DNA of 63,578 nucleotides, filler included, from Hyphochytrium catenoides (Eukaryota; Protista; Hyphochytriomycota), in assembly GCA_900088475.1 (NCBI GenBank). It is 9 parts of 9 records of this genome, joined end to end, with 100 filler letters (N's around TTAATTAATTAA, not from the genome) between each part and the next. Parts side by side here need not be neighbours in the genome. Positions count along the whole stretch, not along the records: positions 55,874 to 59,889 come from FLMG01004018.1; positions 59,990 to 61,155 come from FLMG01000892.1; positions 61,256 to 63,578 come from FLMG01002814.1; 6 more parts are not named here. One strand, given 5' to 3'. Below are positions 56,660 to 63,578 of the stretch, one piece after another. How positions within the stretch are numbered: the stretch's first letter is position 1; every line of letters starts with the position of its first letter. The position numbers and the translations under genes are program-made. Under the pieces are notes generated by a model, which was not told where the DNA came from, did no database searches, and saw nothing but the letters and a program-made list of their open reading frames with translations.

Positions 56660-56760
56660 CCGCCAGAGTCAATGATGGAGGCAGGGCTTCCGGAGAACTT
56701 GTGGACAGAAGCTGTTCTAACAGCAGTTATCTGCGAAACCGAAGTCCCACGTCTGTTCTA
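56660..56760 (+). mobile_element. Ty1/Copia integrase C-terminal fragment (frameshifted relic)
   Basis: SMMEAGLPENLWTEAVLTAV, then a frameshift, then YLRNRSPTSVL. This is the characteristic Copia integrase LPxxLWxEAVxTAxYLxNRSP motif. Confidence 0.8.
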
Positions 56761-56770
56761 AGGCTCAAGC

Positions 56771-57690
56771 TGTTGGATATGTATGGGATGATTGGACAAT
56801 GTCATTAGATGAGAGTACTCTACTCATAATCCCAGCTGGTGTCCCACAATCTAGAGCTCTTCCAAATTATGCTAACTATTCCTAATAAACCCTAAGGTGT
56901 TCAGTCATAATGATATCCTTGTCCAGAACAGTCAGTCCGGGAGGTATTCAGGGGTACTGACCATAAGCCATAGATATAAACAGGAACTGGAACTTGGGTA
57001 GCTAAGATTGCCAGCTTGTCGCATAGCTGCGCCCTCAGACTCCAAAACCTCCCCCGCAGCTCGAAGTCCCGATAGTGAAGGGTCGCACTTACGCATCATC
57101 TTTGGGTGCGAGGCTCTTCGTTCACATTCCATCGGAGCAGAGTAAGGGTAAGCTAAGCCGTAGTAGGAGCGCTCCAATGGTGCGTGTAGTCTTTCGTCTA
57201 AGTCCTATCGCTTGGCTGACCCAGCCTCAGGTTATCGGGAAAACGTTCTCTCCAGGGACTTGTTCTGCAATGACGAATCTTTTCCAGGCCTTAGCAAAAG
57301 AGTTCATCTTGAATTAGACAAAGATCAGCTGCTGCAGCTCTTGAAAGAAGGCCAACAGGTGTTGGAGTCTGAGGGCACAGCTATGTGGACTACAAGATGG
57401 CAAACTTATATACCCAAGTTTCAGCTCCAAACTCCCAGTAGAAGCCGAGATATCAACCAAACGAAATGTCCCTGTTGATATCTATGGCTTATGGTCAGTA
57501 ACCCGGAATACCTTCAGGACTGTCTGTCCTAGACAGGGATATCTCTATGACCCCACCATAATATCTTAGACTTTATTAGGAACAGTTGGCTTAGTCAGAA
57601 TAGCTCTAGATTGTGGGACCCCAGTTGGGCTTGTAAGTAAAGCACCCTCATCTGATGACATTGTTCAATCATCCCATACAAATCCAAGAC
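56771..57690. mobile_element. Foldback-like element with long diverged inverted repeats (about 56771-57050 versus 57357-57690); third partial copy at 56518-56627
   Basis: Reverse-complement matches seen by eye, e.g. TGACCATAAGCCATAGATAT / ATATCTATGGCTTATGGTCA, CCCTCAGACTCCAA / TTGGAGTCTGAGGG and TCCCACAATCTAGAGCT / AGCTCTAGATTGTGGGA. Confidence 0.7.
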
Positions 57691-58283
57691 AGGAGGAACA
57701 CTGTAAACCCGAAACTGGTCACTTTCGAGTCGCTTTGGTGTAAAACGATCATTTTTCGGTCACTTCTGCTCGCTGTGAAGCTGAATGCATCTTTTCAGTC
57801 ACTCCTGTACGCTGTACCTCGTAGTTCAACCCCATCTGGGTGTAATGGCCCATGCACCCCTGCCCACCCACCATTCAGAAAATGACCAAGAGGGGGAAAG
57901 CCCCCAACTTTTGTATCCATGTGGGAGCGAGGTTCATCCCTGAAGCTTTATTTTGATAATGGGGAAAACTCCATTGCCCTACAACCTTCCCCTACAGATT
58001 TAGTGTTAAAGCCTTTGATCATAGTAATAGGTGCATGACGTCCCAGGTTATTGTCATGCCTAAACTCTCTTAATAATCTCTAAAACCTTGACTTAGAACT
58101 TCTTTTCAAAAAAGTGCTCTCTGCAGTTGGAGCTTCAGAGATCTGGAGAAGCTTCAAATTTCAAAACTCATCATCATCCTGTCAGCAGTCAGCAGAGACG
58201 ACCCTTCCCACGCTGGCGCAGCCTGTCCATCGATCGAGGAAGATTCATTTCGGTCCATCGAGAAAGATTCACTCCCTCGTCTT

Positions 58284-58463
58284 CTGCAATTGTGATCGAT
58301 GGGAAAAGCCCATTGCCCTTACGTGACCATCGAGGAGGATTCATTCCCTCGCCTGCAATTGTGGTCGATGCGAAAAGCCATTGCCCTTACGTGACCATCG
58401 AGGAGGATTCATTCCTTCGCCTGCAACTGTGATCGATGGAAAAAGCCCATTGCCCTTACGTGA
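58284..58463. repeat. Tandem repeat of a ~68-69 bp unit, about 2.6 copies
   Basis: CTGCAATTGTGATCGATGGGAAAAGCCCATTGCCCTTACGTGACCATCGAGGAGGATTCATTCCCTCGC recurs at ~58284, ~58353 and ~58421 with few substitutions. Confidence 0.9.
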
Positions 58464-59989
58464 AGGCCTCGACCCTTCTTCAAAGCGTCTAGTAGCTCCT
58501 CCCTTGTTTCGTGGCTCCTCAAAGAAGCCCAATGCAGCTGCTTTACTGCGATGAACCTAATCCTAGCCACCCCCACCGGACTAAATACTCTTTACGGTGA
58601 CAGCCTACTGTACTACCTCCTGTTACTCATCACTACTTCTTCGCTTCCCATAGAGCCCAATGAGCCCAAGAATCCCGAATGCTTGGAAAGCTAACACCTT
58701 CTGACGGATACAGCAGCACAATGAGCCAGGAGAAGTGATAAGCCCCTGCAGGTAGTCTCCGTCTGTCTATTTGATCATATAGCGACCCTTCCTGCTAGTA
58801 TAACGACAGGTGCTTTCACGTCACACGCTACTTCTTGCTCCACCCCTGGCTTCTTCCTGAAAAATAGCCGCGGGTATTTACGATCTTTTGAAGGTCTTTC
58901 ATTGACATTCTCTTTCCCTAGAGTTCCCTCTTCTTGCTCTCTACTTGGATATTTATCGGTCACATCACCGTACCTGGCAGCTAATTATTGATTTGCAATT
59001 CTTTGCTGACCGTGTCTCATCAAGGCTTCAGCTCAGGAGCGTTCTTTGCCCATCCACTCGAACCACACTTTCATTGCGTCGTCCCAGCTATCTATCTCAG
59101 TCTACTAACTTTCTCTCTCGGCCACTGGCAATGAGTGTTAACCCACTTTCTCCTTTTCTAAAGCAGATTGCTACTCCTCACATTCCCGTCCAGATTTAGT
59201 GCAGCCGCTGCTGTTGTGCCACTGCTGTCGGTAAGCTCTCGTCTGACTTCCCTCCTAGAACTTTTTTCTTCCCATTTCTCCCGAGCCTTTCCTTACAACT
59301 TCTTTCCCCTTCTTGGGTGTCTTTCCTGTCTGGCATTACCACGACAGAGGTTCTGCTGTTGAGTCTACCGATGTATCGCTCTCTATGGCCTCCGATAGCC
59401 CTGTTACGGAATCGTATATCAACTGCTAGCCTTCACGACTCCTGCTGGTTTTCTAACAGTTAAGCCCGCTGTCTCCTTTCACCTCTTCCCTACAAATCCA
59501 GTCAGCGCACAGCTAATATGCCAGATGGTGAGCTCACTCTAAAGATTGAACACTTCTTATCTTTTCATTTCAGCCCCTTGGTTTCAGTCTTATCCCTTCA
59601 CTCCTCATTTTGGCCGCGCTTGGCTTTGAGTTCTTCCAAAGCTGGCTAGATACCCTCCATTCTTTCCCTTTCTGCTTTACGGCCACTCTATCCGGCGGAA
59701 GGGAAAGAGTTTTTAACTATTTTTTGCATATGTCCCATCTCTTACCCTCCTTTATCACCCTGATCATCCCCTTACAGATCAAAAGAAGCTCGGGCCTGGT
59801 GGCCTAGTTAACTTACATGGCGCGGAAGAAGTCCAAAAGAAGTCCAAGCTTGTGAGCGGGCTATCCTGTACCAAGTTGTACGGTAAGGANNNNNNNNNNN
59901 NNNNNNNNNNNNNNNNNNNNNNNNNNNNNNNNNTTAATTAATTAANNNNNNNNNNNNNNNNNNNNNNNNNNNNNNNNNNNNNNNNNNNN

Positions 59990-60416
59990 GAACTTGTTTT
60001 CTGACGCTGGCACTCCCACTCTCTCTACCGCCCCGATGCCTAGGCGGCCATCCGCACCGTGACCCCAGGTGTACACCTGGGCAAAGAGAAGGAGCAAGAG
60101 AGAGAGGAGAAAGAGAGAGAGAGAAAGAGAGAGAGAGAAAAAGAGAGAGAGAAACCGAATAAGAGAGATAAGTAGAGTGCCCAGAAGCAAATGATAATAA
60201 AGGAAAGAGGCCTGCCTTGTGATCTAGAAATAGAACAAGGAGTTGACAGAGAGAAAGTGACAGGGAAGAGAGAGAGAGAGAGAGAGAAACGTTCACGTAA
60301 GAGATGGCACGCGCGAGAGAGAGCGAAAGAAGTGGGTCAATATTGATGGGCTTGTGGTAGGGAGTGGAGGAAATGAAAGACAGAGAGAGAGCAGAAAGGA
60401 AAGGGAGAGAGCGAGG

Positions 60417-60452
<36 letters not shown>

Positions 60453-60818
60453 CAACCTTTCCCGAGGACGTGAGTGCTACGGAGTGGCTCTGACCCGCCT
60501 GGACCTGAGAGACTGCGCCGTGAGGCTGCAGCTGCTCCACCAGCGCCGCTGTCGGACGGTGACAGAAGTCAGCGTGACCTAGCTGGCCAGTGCTGCCTGC
60601 AGAAGAGAGAGAGAGAGATGAGGGGAGAGAGAGAGAGAGGGGAAAAAGAGGAAAAGAGAGAAAGAAACAAAGAGAGAGCGAGAGAGGAGAGAGAGAGAGA
60701 GAAAGAGAGAGAAAAGACAGACAGAGAACGGAGAAGATATAAGGGATAAAGGAGAGAGAGAGAAGGACAATATGAAGGGTTAGGACTCGTAGGGAATTTC
60801 AAGACNNNNNNNNNNNNN

Positions 60819-60868
<50 letters not shown>

Positions 60869-61105
60869 CTTACCGAATCCCCAGGTAAAGCAGTCTCCTC
60901 CTTTAGACCTTGCTATGCCGTGGCTGGCGCCTACTGAGAGCTGGGCGACATCTTCTCCCTTGAGAGAAGAAATGAAAACTGGAGAGAGAAAGAAAGGAGA
61001 GGCAGCCTGAGAGAGAGAGACAGGGATTCCCATCGGCGCCACGCCTCCTCCTCCCCAGGAAAAGACATCGTGATCGTCCGTCACAGCGAACGAGACATCG
61101 GCTCC
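59990..61105 (-). CDS. RCC1-repeat (RLD) protein, internal exons only: ~61105-60873, ~60596-60457, ~60076-59990
   Basis: VFSWGGGG, VAQLSVGASHGIARSKGGDCFTWGFG|STGQLGH, VSQVQAGQSHSVALTSSGK|VYTWGHGADGRLGIG are RCC1 repeat consensus sequences. Introns are GT-AG and in frame. Confidence 0.9.
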
Positions 61106-61561
61106 CTAGAGGAAGAGTCGCAAACGGAACATAAGAGAGAAAGAGCCAGAGAGAGNNNNNNNNNNNNNNNNNNNNNNNNNNNNNNNNNNNNNNNNNNNNT
61201 TAATTAATTAANNNNNNNNNNNNNNNNNNNNNNNNNNNNNNNNNNNNNNNNNNNNGAAATTTCAGCAATTTGCTGATAGCGTATCGTTTAGCGTACCCCG
61301 GTGGAAGTGCTCTATAATAACGGGGTATATTTGGTTCTTTAATTTTAGTTATGGCTGCCAAACAGCCTCCAGGGAGTGCTTCGAAGGCGGGAATCTGTTC
61401 TTGTCTTATATTGAGCTGATCAGGTCTAAAGTTTTATCGGAAAAGCTCCATTAGTTCCAGAGACCTGGCAACGTTCCGGAAAGGAGATTTCCCCATATAT
61501 ACGTTGTACAGACAACTGTAGCACTTCCTGAGCCTCGCATCCGCTGAAGGTCCTAGTAAAA

Positions 61562-62411
61562 ATGCTTTCCGAAGACAATGATGGGGGAACAGAAAGGAAG
61601 TCTCCGAGGAGTCGTGCTGCTACGGACAATGATCAACCAGAAGAAGGCGACCTAGCGGTGTCTCCTCCTGCCAAAAGGCCTCGGGGCCGGCCCAACAAGA
61701 AGAGCTACTCCTATACAACCCCACCAGCAGCTACTCAGTCAAGACCATCTTTTGCTGATGCTCCTGTTGCGTCTACCTCACAGCAGGGTACAAATGTAAG
61801 CTCTAGGGGTGCCAAGATCGAGGATCAGGAGGAGGAGGATGGGTCTGCCCTTGACCAGATGGAGCCAGAGATGCAGAGGCTCCAAGGGCTGATACCAAAA
61901 TCGAGAACGGGAACCAAAAAAGTGATTGAGTACTTCAACACCGAAGACGGACGAACTCTACGAATGTAAGTGGTGGGAAGCAAACGGCCTTACGGGGGAG
62001 CGCTAGCTAAATAATATCTGTTGGCGGCCTTACAGGAGCCGAAGCTTTCATTGGATGAACAAACCGAAGAGGGACCGTGAAGGACGGACAGTCAGCAACC
62101 CCCGAGAGTGCCTTGTCTGCAACCACCGCACAGTCTACGCTTGCAATAGTTGCTTGCAATTCCTATGTATCAAAGGTGAGAGAAAGCACCACCGCTATCT
62201 TGGTACCTAGAAGAGCACTTAATACTCCCGCATGGTGTGATTTGACTACTCATCAGGGCGACAGAATAGAGAGTCTTGTTGGTATAATTTCCATAACCGC
62301 AAGGAGCTGAAACGCGAAAAAGACAAGGACGAGGCTCTGAAGGGAAAGGCGATGAAAGCAAGGGGTGGCAGAAAAAAGAACGAAGACCGCAAGAAGCAGT
62401 TCTCAAGCTGA
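61562..62411 (+). CDS. AT-hook + piggyBac-type Cys-rich zinc-finger protein, 3 exons: 61562-61965, 62036-62175, 62257-62411 (232 aa)
   Basis: GTAAGT..TTACAG (70 nt) and GTGAGA..CATCAG (81 nt) introns give one stop-free frame: KRPRGRP AT-hook, then RECLVCNHRTVYACNSCLQFLCIKGRQNRESCWYNFH, then a basic tail. Confidence 0.75.
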
Positions 62412-63578
62412 AGAAGTTGAATGGGAAGGAGTCTACAGCGAGGATGAAATTGGGGCACCGGCCACCAGCATTTAGCGTTGATGATGAACCCAATTCCCCT
62501 GTTGGCCCACATTTGAAGGTTTGTGGGTCTATGTAAACAGTGTCTTCCCGCCACCTCTAAGCAAATAATGCCATCTTTTAGCCTCCAAGCAAGTACTCTT
62601 CAGCCTCGTAGGCCAAGGCTCTTACAAGATAGACAAACAGTAGAGCAGTTGGAGGACTAGGAAGGACAAGGCAAAGGACAATCCCCTAGGCACTAATAAG
62701 TTCTGATGAAGTTCTACCTGATGGAGCAAGGTTTGTAACATCATAGCAGATGGCTGCTAACGGCCTGCAGCATTTTGTATTGTAATAATCAGGGAACTAC
62801 AGTTGAGTTAGGACGGTTCGACGCTGTCTCACTTTAACGTCTGCCTCCTTGGTTGTCTCATCATGATCTGTCTCTCCTCGGCCTTTAGTCCCCTCTCTCC
62901 TCTCTCTTTGTCTCTGTCTTCCTCTCTTTGTCTGTCTTTCTCTCTCTCTCTCATTTGCCTCTCTCTTCCCCCTCTCTCTCACGGTCAGCTGTCAGCCACT
63001 CTCTCTGTCTCTCTCTGCCCTTATCTGCTTCCCCTCTGTTTCTCTCTCTCTCTCTCTCTCGCTCGCTCTGTGTCTGTGTGTGTCTCTCTCTCTCTCACTT
63101 TCTCTCTCTCTCTCTTTCCCTCTCTGTCTCTCTGTCTCTCTCTCTCTCTCTCGCCCCTTCTCTAATCAGAATTTCGAAAGCGAAAAACTCCCGCGCTTTC
63201 TCTCCCACCCACCCGAAGGCCCTAAAACCTTTCCCAGAGAAGTACCAGGTACCAAAGCCAAAATATTCAGATCAAATGGTCAATAGGCCCACCCACCCAT
63301 GGTACTATTTTTCCTCTCCTTCCCTAGCAGCTCCCTTTCCTCATCTGGTCCGCCAGAAGGCAGCAGGAAATTAATCCAAAACATTAGTTTCATTTCTTTC
63401 CCTCAGAGCCTTTGCTGAATTAAGTTTGTTTCGCATCAATAGCAGTATTTCATGTTGATGGATCTGTCCGCCCTGGGTCAAGGCAAAAGTTTTCGCGGGA
63501 ACGGAAGGCGAGGAGGTCAGGTCCACTCGATTGTTAGGGCGTTTGACCTTTCAAGAGAGAGAGAGAGACAGAGAGAGA

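Noticed and set aside
58284-58463. CRISPR-like array
   Set aside because: The units are contiguous tandem copies without unique spacers, the context is eukaryotic, and there are no cas genes.
58720-59720. Degenerate gag-like ORF on the minus strand
   Set aside because: It is purine-rich and looks coding, but it has stops in all frames and no recognisable motif.

Overview
Eukaryotic, intron-rich, (GA/CT)n-microsatellite-laden genomic DNA. It is most likely an oomycete-like stramenopile; this is inferred from protein motifs and is not certain. The window is not one locus: nine scaffolds are joined by artificial 100-bp N-TTAATTAATTAA-N linkers. Genes reconstructed by manual splicing are a secreted histidine acid phosphatase (partial), a P1B-type Cu-ATPase, a USP/C19 deubiquitinase, a non-RD (HWD) Ser/Thr kinase, WDR1/AIP1, an intronless SAP/HeH + DNase I-like (EEP) nuclease, PA2G4/EBP1, MTHFR (partial), a secreted Cys-rich mucin-like protein, a PH-domain protein, PIG-H, MCM7 and an RCC1-repeat protein (partial). 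Mobile DNA includes the 3' end of an RLE (CRE-like) non-LTR retrotransposon, a Copia integrase scrap, a long-inverted-repeat (foldback-like) element and several tandem repeats. The three most interesting observations are: (1) a 3-exon gene missed by the ORF track, encoding an AT-hook plus a piggyBac-type Cys-rich zinc finger but no transposase core; (2) introns with a GA-rich 5' arm and a complementary CT-rich 3' arm that could base-pair; (3) the SAP-DNase I-like nuclease.
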